A stretch of 61,986 bases of DNA, filler included, from Sphacelaria rigidula (lineage: Eukaryota), in assembly GCA_964200075.2 (NCBI GenBank). It is 4 parts of 4 records of this genome, joined end to end, with 100 filler letters (N's around TTAATTAATTAA, not from the genome) between each part and the next. Parts side by side here need not be neighbours in the genome. Positions count along the whole stretch, not along the records: positions 46,571 to 61,986 come from CAXNAA020001759.1; 3 more parts are not named here. The stretch is one strand, 5' to 3'. Positions 48,706 through 61,986 of the stretch are shown here, piece by piece (within the stretch, counting starts at the first letter, position 1; each line of letters opens with the position of its first letter). Under the pieces are notes generated by a model. The model saw only the letters and a program-made list of their open reading frames with translations, ran no database searches and was not told where the DNA came from. The translations under genes were made by a program, and so were the position numbers.

Positions 48706-49362
48706 ATGCCCTATGCCCTACTCTTCTCCCTGTCTGAGAGTTGTAAACACTAGAAAATGGTCGGTGCTACCGGCTCCGTGTGAACGGTGTGAAAATGTAT
48801 GTATTATACGATCTGAGCAAGGAGGGCGTGACCTGAACACATGGAAGGGGTGGATGGAAAAAAAGTGGTACCCCGGTACAGCATATCCCAGAAAAGGAAG
48901 GAAAAATAGATGAGTGCTTTATGGTCGGAACAGCTCGGACACTTTTAGAGCGTTTTGTCCATCAGCATATATAGCGCAGTTTACAGAACAGTTACTATAC
49001 TGTTGTTGTTGAGTGTCGTGTGCATGTAGCATGTCCGAGGTCGAATTTTGTATCTTCAAACATCAACCAAACGAAGCCGAGCTCGTTTCATTATCTGGTC
49101 GAATGGCTCTTGGAACTTTCTCGGAAATATGAGTTATTATTTTGCACATTCAAATTCAAACGCTAACCCAAACGGAAACCTCAATCCGGGAAATACCCAG
49201 TAGTAGCCAGGGGGTGCAGTGGGTGCCCTACACAGAGGGTGCGTTGGCAGACCCCAAATCGGCGCCTGCGGCACCGCAATTCGGATAGAAGTGCGTCTTG
49301 ACCAAGCCACCGCAAGAGCACTTGGGACAGTCAGCCCTACCAGAATCCGAGGCTGGGGTTAA

Positions 49363-49523
49363 CCCTCTTGGGACCGGATTCCCAGAAACATGGTGTTTGT
49401 ACACAGGGGTCTTTTTTGTTAGTCGGTATAATCTTCATTCGTTTTCAAGTAAAAATGATGCCGATTCACAGAAACGCCCTTGCGTGCAAACACCATGTTT
49501 CTGGGAGCCCGGTCCTAAAAGAG
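49363..49523. mobile_element. 161-bp piggyBac-type MITE
   Basis: TTAA on both sides (49359-49362, 49524-49527). Imperfect ~48-bp TIRs: CCCTCTTGGGACCGGATTCCCAGAAACATGGTGTTTG versus the right-end reverse complement CTCTTTTAGGACCGGGCTCCCAGAAACATGGTGTTTG. TTAA target plus CCC terminus is the established piggyBac signature. Confidence 0.85.
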
Positions 49524-50867
49524 TTAAGGACTATAATCAAGTGGAAATATTCCGTGAAAGTTCCATTCGACTTATAACCATTCGTAACGTTTGCAGAGCC
49601 GCAGAGGACTCGAGCCATTATCACAAATCAGATGTATTACGTGTGACCACTGGACCATGAGGGGGGAACCGGCGAGGTGATCATGGGCAATGAAACCGAC
49701 GAAACGAAGGGATTGCCTTGATGAGAGGGCAATCGATTCGCAAGGCGTGCAATAGTGCCTCGGCGGTTGTGATGTTTTAGAAATTCGTGACGCAGCACCC
49801 TAACCCCGCCGCTTGTTGGTCGTTGACTCAAACTCCTTCATGCTGTCTCTTGGTCTCGTGGGCAGGTGATTCAGCAACTCTTGTATCTACTCTGGAACGA
49901 TCGATCATAGGTGTGTGGTTAAAGAATAGTCCGAACCTCAAGCAGCTCAGCAGTAATTTGGTGGAGGGATGACTTTCGATTGAACTGTTGGTGATTATTA
50001 TCGAACACGCTTTGTACTTGGGCGCTGTGCCGCGAACTGACCCTCGTCGAATATAGCACGGTTGTCGCTTGCAATCATGTGCGTTGAAATGCATGAGCTC
50101 AGTCCAGCTCGACGAGATCAATGCGGACGTGAGTGACCTTACCGCACAATGCACGCTGCGGATAAATTCGTTTTCTTCCACCAGGAATCTGCCGTGATAC
50201 ATGAAACCTACAGATAAGGAATCTAGCCATGGATGCAGCTTATTGGATATTTGGAACCCAGGGACGCTGCACACATGAGCTGCAAGTTGCGTACCGAACA
50301 TGGAGACGCATGTTGCACAAGCAGGACGGTAGAAACACACAAGGTATCTCAAACTCGAGGTTCCCGGTACATTCCGCAGTAAACAACTACACAAAAAAAT
50401 AGCGTTTCTGTAAACATATCCGGAAACCTCGAGTTTGGGACTCCTGCGGAATATACCGAGCACGTCAAGTTTGAGATAACTATTACGATATCCCGTGAAA
50501 GAAAATGATGCAGCAGCAGGTGGTGTGTTCACGAATGCCATGCAACGTAATTCTGGAATTCGTATGAACGGCATGTATCCCGTCTAAAGAATTGAATACT
50601 TCAAACCGCGTACCCCACAGGTTGGAGATTTTCGATTTGAAGGTGAACAGGAGATGTCTGACTTGTTGTGGACATAGCAGGAAGTGGCCGAGTCGAGAAT
50701 TCTGAGCGAAGTCGTCATTCATCAGTGTAGCCGACTGGGTAAAAACACGAGCATATTTTTCTCTATACTGCAGTCTGTATAGACACATTGCCTCGGTAAA
50801 GATATCGCGAACTCGAGAGTCCCGGTATATTCAACAGGAATTGACCCTTACACCTGTGTTTGCCTTT

Positions 50868-50892
50868 CACACACACACACACACTCACACAC

Positions 50893-50922
<30 letters not shown>
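50868..50922 (+). repeat. (CA)n microsatellite
   Basis: Direct reading. Confidence 0.95.
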
Positions 50923-50923
<1 letters not shown>

Positions 50924-53900
50924 AAACACAGAGTAGATCACCTTCTGCATCGGCATCACTTTCACTCGAATTTAGTACCCATGATCCCGGTTGACTACTA
51001 CCCTCACGGTCATACTGTACCGGGAACCCCGAGTTTGAGATTCTGTATGTAGTTTAGGGTGCCTACCGGACGCCCTGTCAGGGGGTTTGGCATGTGATTG
51101 CGCATACAACCGCACAGGGCATCTTGATGCGGGGATACGAGGCCTCAGCAAATCAGCACATAAATGGGCGTTGAAATGCGTGTACGGTAAAGTACAGTCA
51201 CATAGGGTAAAATGGTAACGTGGTCGAGCTTGTATCTGAGCACTATGGCATTCGCAAAACCAAGATGAGAAAGAAGGATAGCAGCACATGCTCGTTTACT
51301 CATACGGAACAAGTCCACGGCTGTATCACACAATAATGATATATTTCTACCGTCGTATATTTGCTGGCAGGTGACGTAGGATACAGGATGGAACATACTT
51401 CATGATAAATTATTCTTCGTCATGCTAACTGAACAGTACCGGTACTACAGACAGTACCGGACGAGTAGTTGCTGTGTTCTTTTGTGTACTGCATGCACTG
51501 CACTTTGGTGCAGGACCCCCCGCTGTTGTAGTTGGCACGTAGACATCGTTCGCACGAACGTTTTGCTCCCGCCGTATATGATGCGGGCGCAAATCAACCG
51601 TATCTTTCTCACCATCTACAAGAAGTGACGAGTGACACATCAGTCACGACAGCCAAGGTTATTTGCTCGTGCGGTATAGCCAATGTGACGCGGCCCCTCA
51701 AATCGCTTGCATCACCTGCGGGAAAAAATCACTTGACGCGAACCCGGCGGCAGATCTCCGCGGCAGGTAGCAAGGTTCTCCGTTGCGCCGTTCGTTAGTT
51801 CTCAAATCGGATGTATTTCTTGGAGCCAAATATTCGGGCCAAAGAAAGAAGATGCGCCGTGGTCCTCATGCCGCACCTTACACAGAAGGATGGAGCACTA
51901 GTGCCGAAACTTGAAACTCGTAAATTCATCCTAGACATGTGCAAATCGTACATGTATACAGACATAGAGAGGAATGTTGCATGCTAAATGTGACGCCGAT
52001 GAATGGCTGAGAAGTATACTTCAGTCATTTTTTTTCAGTTCTATTTAATATATAGTAATGTACTTGCTCTTCAGCCACTGAATAACTGTGTACGGTTTTG
52101 TCTGCAGACGGATCCCAAATACAGCGCACAGTAACGACCATCACCCGTTGTCAGTATTGCTGATGTACATGAGAGTTGAATTCGGTAGTTGGGGCGACCA
52201 GGGTCAGTCCGTGGTAGGCTGCCAGTTGGTTGCCTATAATAGTGTGTCAGCGACATTCTGCATACTCAAAATGGGAGTATCAACAACAGTCTGAAGCTCC
52301 TCGTGGTTGTCCCTTCGTCGCTCCGAAATTTCAATTTCAAGCTACCCCGTGCCACCGGCCGGTCTTTCCTTGTTGTTCCTGAGGAGTGAGAAAGGCAGGC
52401 GGACGCGATTCAGTATATATAAATTCATCAACATTGCACCTGCGACGTTGAGCGGGATCTAGCAACAGCGACCACGGCTTTGACACTTGCCGCTGAGAAT
52501 TCACAGCTTGGGTGCACAAAGTAATCATTACGATACGCTACCATGCCCACACCGTCACCTACGGTACGATTCTGTACTGTACTGTACTGTACTCTAGTCT
52601 TGTCTGCACTGTACTGTCCGTCTGATGAGCTTGCCAAAATTGTATTGCCGTAATTATGATTATTGATTTTTCGACGAGGTTGGTGCGCATGAATTCGGGG
52701 ATACGGCAACATCTGGATGGAGATGCAGAAGTTGGCCCATCTGCGGCCCGTTTCGTCTCAGTTGTATGCTTTTCCCCCCCCCCCCCCCCAACGAAAGGAG
52801 AAGAAATAATCGTTTGACAGGTCGCAAACATTTCCGAGAGCCCAGTGCCTTTTTCACGATCGAAAAACAAACTATACTAGGTACTGTGATCTTGATCGAC
52901 AGAAGCGCGGGAAAGCCTGCCCCACCATACATGTACCTGACGAGAGTACAGTGGTTGTACGTCACAAAACATTCCTCCCTTGCAATTGTCGATCTCACAA
53001 TCGAACAAGCGTGACGGATGGCTCGCATATATGCTGGTTATAAAGCCGTCAGATGATATCACATCGTACCGTGCATGTTCAAACGGTTAGATCATTGAAC
53101 TGCGACGGGGTTTCTAGGGCGAAAACAACCATACTGCCACTGCGGAGGGGTGTGTTTCGAGCACGTTGTATGCGCGCACTTATGCTACCTTTTTAGAGGT
53201 GCAGGTGCTTTTTGAATTTTCAGAAAGTTTTTTGCGATCCAGACCTTAGATCTTTCTGTCGTGTATCCAGATCGTGACGTCATTGTGATCTTCCGAGATT
53301 GCATGCACCCGCTGACCCAAATCCAACCTGCCCCCCTCAGTCGACCTTTTTGCCTCAAATCCCCCCACAACACACAGGGAAACCACAACCCACTGCCACA
53401 TCACATCCTGGAGCCAACTTCAGAAATCGATAATATATACATTGGCGAAGGCACCCGGAGTACACGAACACATCATCCGGGCAGGGCTTTGGTAACATCG
53501 GGTTGGGTGCAAGCTAGTCGGAACCTCTCCTTTCTCGTGCATTTGGGCTCCCGAGGAAGGAAGCCAGGACGTTTTTGCGTATTTTACGGTCTCGACACGG
53601 CAGTCTTCACCTGTATTGAGAGAGCTTGGCGAGAATAATGGAGCCAATATTGTATCATCCTGGAGATCGTGCTCATGACCGAGGATTCGCAGGCAATGCC
53701 GCCGGGGCACGTCGGGTTTTTGCGGTGAGGGAGCCTAAGGTAGCCGCAAGGAAGGCTCAATTCTAGCCGCACGGATGCCCGATCCAAACCGTGTGTGTAA
53801 CACTTGGACAATGGGCACCAGCCGTGCCAGTTTTTAGTGTCGTGCGTTTTGGACAGAGAAATGAACGACACAAGTCAGCCCAACGGGTCTGTAGACAAGA

Positions 53901-54745
53901 AACATTTTCATAGTCGACAGCCTATTCCGTTATTTCATTTCTCATCAAGCGACCAAACCCTCATCTTCCCTGTCTCCTCCCCTTATCGTCGCCCTTCGCC
54001 AAAATCCAGCAGTCACAATATCACACGGGAAGCATGAGATCTGTCGACACCAGGAGCTTGAGGCCCCCGGTTCCCCGCCAGGTGGATGGCCTACGGCACC
54101 ACCGAAGGTATGTGCGGGTCGTGTTTTGGGGTATTTTTTTCGGTACCGCAGTGCGGCTGCTGGGTCGCTCCATTGTACCGTACTTGTATGCAGTGAAGCG
54201 CGAGTACGATGGAAGTGCCGAAAAATAAATTAACTGATGGTATAGTAGCCCAACCGGTGAGGCAACTGGTGGAGGGACATTTTTTTCGCCTTCATTCTGT
54301 CTTTTCGTGCTGAATAAATGAACAAGGGGTTTTACACGAACGAAGCCGTCTCTGGTGTGCTTGAGGTCAAGCTTCACATAACAGGTAGGTCCATCGCCCT
54401 TCCAAGGCTAGGTGATCTCCTCTTTGCTTCATGTTGTGAATCCATCCATGTTAACCTCATATTATCCCAATGTCGTAGGCCGGCCACAACAGGCAGACAT
54501 GATCAGTGACGGGAAAACAAGGAAACACGTTCGTTCAGAGATTTCTCTGCGTGTTGTTGTGATATCTCAATCTTCCAATCAAGAATCGTTGACTCTTTGT
54601 TGCCAAACCGCTCGACCCACTGCACAGGCGGTACCGTAAATTCCCGTACATGGTAAATGAGAGTCAGATCGATACTATTTGTTGCCGCCACCTTGTGTCT
54701 CTCTCGCATGTGCACCATCACATCATATTTTCTGCCGCGTGAAGA

Positions 54746-55438
54746 ATGACGGCGCATCAGCAAGACTCGAATGATGATGATGGCGAGACATCTTCAGCAT
54801 CGGAGGATTCCGCTCCAAGTGCGGGCTATCCCTCTCCGCACTCTCGTCCTGTTCTCACCCAAGCTTCCTCGACCACATCCACGGGCAGCAACAACAGCAA
54901 CAAGCGACCCGCAACATCTGGTCGTGACATGGATCTACATCACTTTTTACCGCCCGCGCAAAGGGCCCGAATTAAAACTCTGGACGAAACTGAATCGTCG
55001 CTCGCGCCATCGCACCGTCCCCTGCGTGCAGCGGCGATGACTTCTTCTCCTTGCGCTTCCCCTCCCTCTTCATCTGCATCTGCAAACATGAGCACGGGCC
55101 GCCAGCCAAGGCAGCTTCCAAGGCTAGCTGCTTTGGAGACGCGGCCATCGGGCCTGCTTGCGCCCTGTACCGCATCCCGCAACCAGCTGCAACAACAGCA
55201 AATCATACAGATGGTGCAGCAACAGCAGCAAAACGGCTGTGCACCTGTTGCCGCCTCTTCTCGCGAGATGAAAATCACGCCACTGATGCAACTGGGCGGA
55301 CCACCGCCGGCGAGGCAGGCATCACGATCTGCCCTGCTCAATAGCACTGGCTGTACCAACAGCAACGGTGGGTCAATCAGTCCTGAACATCATCAACAAC
55401 AGTCGTCTTTGCCCCATCCATCCATGCCGGCGCCGCAT

Positions 55439-55470
<32 letters not shown>

Positions 55471-58400
55471 GCGGCAGCAGCGGCAGCAGCAAGCGGTCCA
55501 ACAACGTCAACACCTGCAGCAACAGCAGCAGCCCACCAGACCCGGCGCACTGACAACACATGCACCGTACGCCACACCGGCAAATTCTTCAAGCACCAAT
55601 GGCTTGCACCCCGGACGCTCTACCCGATCGGATCGCGACGACAGTCGCGACGCGCCATCGTCTACTTCTTGGTCACGAACACACTCATCATCCCGCCACA
55701 CCAGCTGTGAAGACAACAATGCGGTGTCGCGTCACGTACCATGCCACAAGAATCTAGTCACGGACGGGGGTAGAAACATCTCGTCTGCGCAAGAAACACG
55801 CGGTGGCGGCTGGAACCCGGTATGGTCCGCAGGTAAATCGTTCGAGCGCCAAGGCGATAGCAGTGCGCCAAGAGCAACTCAGGAGCAGGGGTATGGAGGC
55901 CAAGTTGAATTCGGACACCAGCAGCCGCACCACCAACAACAGCAGAACTGTTGGGAGTCGAACGGACATCGCGAAAACAGAAACGGTTCACGATGGCAGC
56001 GCGAAGGACATGAGAACGTCGTTGTGCACGCTGCTGCTGGTGGATGGGCTGACCAGCAGCAGCAACCGCGAACGGTGAGGATAATCACAGTAGACTGGCC
56101 ATCCGTGTTCCGCACGCGTTTGCGGGCCTCCATAACAGTACGCTATTTTCCCAAGAGTTGAAAGTTGAAAGTTGAAACTTGGTCTTCCGACATCTCAGAG
56201 GATCAGGGTGTGACGCTTTTCCAAACGAAATCTGCTTTGCATCTATACGCCGTGACTGACTAGTTTCCTTTCCTGTCTAGGGTATTATCATATCATTGAT
56301 CGAGTGTAATAGATTGAAAAAGCTATGGTCTGAAGGGTGCTCTACTACTGTCGCGTTGTACACGTGGGTATCCGACGAAATCCAACCGAAGTATTAGTCA
56401 TGGTGAAAGTTGTTCTGAATCACGAAACTGCGCACACAGCTAGAGTAAACGATTCTGTCAACGTGCTCGACGTTTTCGACTCTTCGTTGCTTTGCGAGAC
56501 ATGATTGCGCGCAATCGAGGAGTATATCTCCATCACACTCATGTCTGTACCGTTAGGTCATTCACTCGCGTGGGAATTCTTGTTCCTACACGTTGCTCGA
56601 ACAAAGGGAACTAGCATCACTACAGAGTGGTTCAGTACAGTTCACCCCAAAGTAATCTCAGTCTAGAAGGGAGTATATGATCAGGGTAGATTTCGTCGTG
56701 ATTGAAGCGAGTGAGGGCGTCGTTGACATCATGCTGAGCAGTTGCTTTACTTTGACAGAAAAAATCCAAAATTGAACGGTGTCAGAACCCGTATGGGTCT
56801 CATGGTCCCGTCATTTTTGTAAGTGTCTCCGTGTGTTGCAGTATCGACCATGCACGGTCGAGGCGTGCAGATTCCTGGCTTGTTTCCCTGTTGGCTTAAA
56901 TCGTTCCCTAAATTTTGTTGTCCTTTCACTACCTTCCACCCCACCCAAGTCAAAATCTCGCCAACAGGTGCAAGCCCTTGAGTCGAGACTCTAAAATTCC
57001 ACACGATGGATGTCCACCCTGTATATCTCTTTGCCGTCAAAAAGTACCTTTCGCGCAAGGCTTTTTGTTTGCCAAGCGAACGGGTGAAACTCACAGTGTC
57101 TGCACGTCCTCGTGTTGAATTGTGGTCGAAACCTTCGAGCATGTCCCAAAGTTCCAATACTGAACAAGTATATAAGTCGAAGGATGTGAACGTGCAGCAT
57201 CACAACGATGTGTAAGATTTCCCAAGATATTGTGGACAACACGCCGTCCCTCTCTTCTTTCCAAAACCTTGGAATGTCGTGAAATTCTTGCGTTGACCCC
57301 GCCAACGCACGGAGATGATTTGTAGCGCCCGATACTTTCCTGTTTGTCAACCTAAGCTCCCTGAGATCGAAGCTCCATTGTTTCACCATGATTATTTCAT
57401 GCAAACTTATTCGTCGAAAAATTACCCCCGTTTCGTTATTTTTCCATAGGTGCTGAGCAACCATCGCCCCGAGGTAAACAGAACCCCTTCACCCGTCTAC
57501 CGGGCCCCGCCGCCGGTACCTAAAGCCTGCGCCGCTGCACCGCGCACCGTCAGCACCTCCGAGCAAAGGCAGTGGTCTCCCACCCGCGAAGGCGGTCACG
57601 TGCTCGTCGATTCACAGCAACAACAACAGCAGCATTTGCCCCCGCGAGCAGGCGCGAAGCAGATCCTCGAGCGCTACGTCACCCACCTCAACCCAAAGGT
57701 GCGTCTTTTCTTTCGACACGATGCTTCCATTCGTTACACCCATGTTTTCTTCGGTTTGCGTGTTACGTGTGGGTGATAGCTTTTCCTGTTGTTTATCCGA
57801 TGATTGGTGTAGAGGCAAACGTAAACCTTCTTCACCTACAACATTTCTTCTGTTGGCACAGAATCCGTTGCCCTCCGCGTCGGCTGTATACTCTTTTCAA
57901 TGTCCTATGATGATTTTCAATAAAAGAGCTGCTTTTGCGAAACCTGGCGGGTGGACATCTTCTCGGCTTGATGTGCATCGGAACGTCAAACACGTAATTC
58001 ATGCAGATGGCGGTAGCTGATTCAATGATTGTCGCATGTCGAGCAATTCGGGATGTACTCGGCCATGTACACAAAATCCACCTACTCAACGTGAACAAAA
58101 GGGAAACGCTCGTTTGCATGGTTGCAGGGCTGCTGGGTCTCCATCTTCGCAAGATGTCTTCATCGATCAGTTTATTCCCTTCTCTCTTGTAGTTGCTTTT
58201 ATACACCAAAATCCATGCACCACCCAGTTCAATCCAGTACATCTGTGTCAATGCACTATATTTGTGTGTTGAGATGGTGTTGTGTCAAGTTGCTCCAGCA
58301 GTAAAGATCCTGAACTCTTGGGGTCACAGCTTGGCCCTTCGACCGTCAGGGTACCTGCTGAATCGGGATCAGTTGCACTTGGAAACTGTCCGCAAGACTC

Positions 58401-59824
58401 GGAGGACTGACTCTGCTGACCAAACCATATTCAAGGTCGATGTAAAACGATGCCGGTTTCAAAGAGAATCCACGTGGACACCCACCACTCGTAGCTGCCG
58501 TGACGTTAAATCATGTCATTCCATTTTTCACGTCGACATGAGGCCAGCCGTATGAATGATCCAACTTGGTGATCGAGGGTTACCCTGACCGGCAGGTGGT
58601 AATCCCAAGCTGCAGTTTTTTTTCCAGCAAAAGTTGAACGAGCACGAATGTATCAACCATGCATCTGAGCGGACTAACTGGGAAAAACCCAACCGCTCGA
58701 ACAAAGTTGCGTGAAAAAACAATTCATCAACCAGGGGCAGCCGAAGACTGCTCTTCTCCTTGTTCTAATATCCTTCGTCGCCGGATCGCCTGATGAACGT
58801 TTACAGGCTAGCCGAGAGGTATGGTCGCACGATGAAGAAGAAGTTCTCTGGCGCGCCCAACACGAATACGGCAATGCCTGGAACTATATTGCGGGTCTGC
58901 TTCCGGGGAGGTCGGAGAATGCCGTGAAAAACCATTGGTGAGTTTTTATCATTGGGTTGAAACGTTTGGAGGAGATGGAAGAGATGAAAGCAAAATATTG
59001 TCACGTAACTCAGTGGATGCAAAATGAGTGGAAAGAAGAGGTAACCGGCCCGTCAGTGAGGATGACGTGGGTGAAGAACTGGGGGTAATTTTGTCGGGTG
59101 CGGAAACAATGGAGCTTTGAAGATCCCACTTGTTCACGAATATTGTAGTGATCTGATACTATTCTCAATAATCGAGATGAAAAATCCATACAGTATTTGA
59201 TGGACGAGAAAACGAAAATCTGTGCCTGTCTTGGGGAAAACACGAATGCCATATGAAAAAATGCCGGCCCGGCTCCTTAGATGTCCTGTAACATACACTC
59301 CTCTAAAGGTGTAACCGTAGGAGGCATCTCTCTGCCCCTCTTCATCGTGCACCACGTTGCGCTGATATTTTCGCCCCACCTCCTCGTGTGATTTTTTCCG
59401 CACCAGGTACACTCAGATGCGCATGTTCATTGTCCAACGCGGAAACAAGGCGTCCACGGCCACCACCAGCAATAACGATAAATCGGCCGAATCCACTGGG
59501 GACAGAAATAGCGCTCCTCACCCGAAAGGAAACCGACAGCAAGCAGTTAAAGCTCCAAAGGCGGTGAGACAGCAAGAACAGCGTCCACAGACAGCACCAG
59601 CGCCGGTAGAAGATGCACAACCTCACTACAATGAAGTGGGCAGGAACCAAAACGGGGGCTGGAATTCTGCAGCCGCCTCCCCTGTCGTTGACGCGCCGAA
59701 AACGACTTCAAATTCTCCCGCGTCTCCACCAGCAAAATCCGTTGCATGCGAGGAGGATGTCGCTCGCGCCGAAGCGGTGGCCGCTCTGGGCATGCTTTTC
59801 TCTCAGGGGGCGAGTGGTCGGTGA
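54746..59824 (+). CDS. MYB-domain transcription factor with long Ser/Gln-rich N-terminus; exons 54746-56074, 57450-57698, 58807-58937, 59407-59824
   Basis: Donors ACG|gtgagg, AAG|gtgcgt, TG|gtgagt; acceptors ccatag|, ttacag|, caccag|; phases 0, 0, 2 are compatible. The spliced product reads ...KQILERYVTHLNPKASREVWSHDEEEVLWRAQHEYGNAWNYIAGLLPGRSENAVKNHWYTQMR, a canonical R3-type MYB repeat. Start codon is tentative. Confidence 0.9.
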
Positions 59825-61986
59825 TGGCGGCTTCTTTGTTTTTTCGTCAGAGTTGATCGAACGGTTGTCACGTCCGGTATTGACGCATCGGTGTTTTCTC
59901 CCGTTGTATCGCTAGTTGGTTGTCTCGGGCGACTGGTGAGGAGGGGGATGAGATCCTGCAGAGGGAGGGGATTTGACGGGAATGAGTCCGTGGCTGTTGT
60001 TTCTAGGGTGGAGAATTTTACAGCTGTCGATTCCAGACGTGTTGATCTATGTAGGCATCACAGTGGGGGGGGGGGGGGAGGAGTACCACCCTCTTCTGGT
60101 TTGTAAGGGGAAGGCCCGGAATGTACCAGTAATGAATGAGTGGGGGCAGGGGGCAGTTGTATTTTGCTCATGGAGGGAGGGAGGAGTTCATAGACATGTC
60201 TCGGCAAGATGAGACTTTTCATGTATCTTGCGACGTGGGCGGTCTGTCAGTGCTTGATGGAGGAGCTGTTAATTCTTTCTTGTCACCGATAGTGTTCGTG
60301 AGTTGTATTTGTTTTACCTTGTATTTACATTTATTCGAATCATACGTCGGTGGAAGCTGGTGGAAACAAGTCGTGTGAATGTTTCGGTGACATGTTACGT
60401 GATTTGGGTTGACGTGTCACTTGTTGATTCGGGTTGATCCCAGGCACTACTGGGCTTTTGGGACAAAAGACATCATGGCGTGCGGAAAAGCGGCTGCATT
60501 TCAGCAAGGCTGTGCCATTGGACGAGAGTCGTAGTTATTCCGCAGTTCTTGGTCCGCCTGACCAAGTGAAGCGCGGACAAACGGAGTCACGTTTCAAATT
60601 TGCGCTTGGGGAAAGATGTGTATAGCGGATCACTCACCGGCGCATGTACACTCGGTCTTTATTCTTGACCTGTAGCCAATTGCCTCCACGACAGCTACCG
60701 CTAGACTTGTGAGAGCGAGCGAGAGGAGCATCGATTGCAAGCCGTTGTGGTGACATCTGATTTTTCAGGTTCTCACGAACGGCGTGGTACATTGATCCAC
60801 TTTTATCTACGCAATATCTGTCACGCGCCATACGGGCTGCTTATTAAAGCCCAGCGCAGATCGTAGAGAACCGACGGGAAAGGGGGAAAAGCCGATTTTT
60901 ACGAGCTTGGTTTGTAGCAATAGACATGTTCAAGATTTCGTTGTCAGTCGTTTATGTGAGATTGTTTTGGTTGGTGTTCCCGGCGGGTTGTGTGTGTCAT
61001 GAATTGCGTGTGGCCGCGGAAAAGTTTGCATGGTGTTGTACAGTACAGTAGATACGAAATATTTTAACGTACATGACGAATGGGCTACAGGACCGAATAT
61101 GAAAACACAAGACTATTTATGCCTGCTCCACTGCAGTGTGCTGTGCACCTTTCCCCCGGAAAGCTTACTTGCCCAGTGAGCTCGCGGGGTGCAGAGGAGT
61201 GTTTGACCTCACCGACAAGAGAATCCCCGAAGTTACCTGACGGGTAAAGCCGTTTGTGCACAGGTCGTACGTCGGTATGACACAAGAAAAAACGGACGAA
61301 AATATTATCGAATCGACCATCTTGAAAATGTTATGCATGATGTTTGTTAACCGCTACACTGCAAACGAGAAGGATGGGCAGTTCGGACTGGGCGAAGATG
61401 AATATTTTTATTGTCTCCGGGATATCCATGTAACGAAATCGACAGGTGCTGCAACCCCCCAATACTTTCGGCGTGGAAGCTGTCTCCAACGTGTGCGTGA
61501 AATGGGCATCATGATATCCGCTTGAACGTGTTTGGAGAGAGGGAATGAAGGTTCATGAACTTGTTGTCAGTCTGACCGATGGCACAACGTACTAAAAATC
61601 CACAGGTATTTTTGGCAGATTTCCTTCATCGCGAGAGTGCTTCCCCACAGCAAGTTTCACGAACTAATCGACACGCCCACAGCCCTGATGCGAGAGCGAC
61701 TTGTTTTCACTCCTAGATCAATAACCGCAGAATCAGCGCGGAAAAGCGAACGCTTCTCGCTCAGCACTGTCGATACGGGGTTTTGCCAGATTGAAAGTCT
61801 AGCGATGACGGAGAGAATGTCGTATTACTCGCTCTAACGATCATTACTACACGGCTTTTTTTTCAAGACTGGTCCTGACTGTCATAACTTATCGACAAAA
61901 AAGCAAGAAAAAAGACCTCACCCGAGAGGGCCTGGCACGCCGCCCAGGCCCCGGCTCATCTCCCTCCGCCATCGGCACAAGGCCCA

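Noticed and set aside
49828-50574. 248-aa minus-strand ORF
   Set aside because: No recognisable domain, atypical composition and no supporting splice structure.
56747-58555. Antisense ORF fragments inside MYB introns
   Set aside because: May be decayed insertions, but I could not recognise any motif with confidence.

Overview
Eukaryotic nuclear DNA, most likely a brown alga (inferred from EsV-1-7 repeats, short exons with GT-AG introns and TTAGGG-like motifs). The window is not one locus. It is four contigs of 15,424, 15,424, 15,422 and 15,416 bp joined by identical artificial N44-TTAATTAATTAA-N44 spacers, so nothing can be linked across 15425, 30949 or 46471. Contig 1 holds the 3' exons of a large RGG/ERGPP/Gln-rich protein gene, a 2.25-kb non-autonomous TIR element with a ~590-nt fold-back, and dispersed repeats. 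Contig 2 holds the best candidate for something new: a ~7.3-kb DNA transposon with 64-bp TIRs whose hAT-like DDE transposase is divided between two convergent, intron-containing, decayed genes. The minus-strand gene has a coiled coil plus catalytic D1/D2; the plus-strand gene has CxxH, TRW and catalytic E. Contig 2 also has a cox1 NUMT inside tRNA-like tandem repeats and a truncated EsV-1-7 repeat gene. Contig 3 holds a minus-strand gene with at least nine phase-compatible exons encoding three diverged cyclic-nucleotide-binding domains. Contig 4 holds piggyBac-type MITE relics, telomere-motif-headed repeats and a four-exon MYB gene with a degenerate first repeat. All calls come from manual reading; no database search was run.
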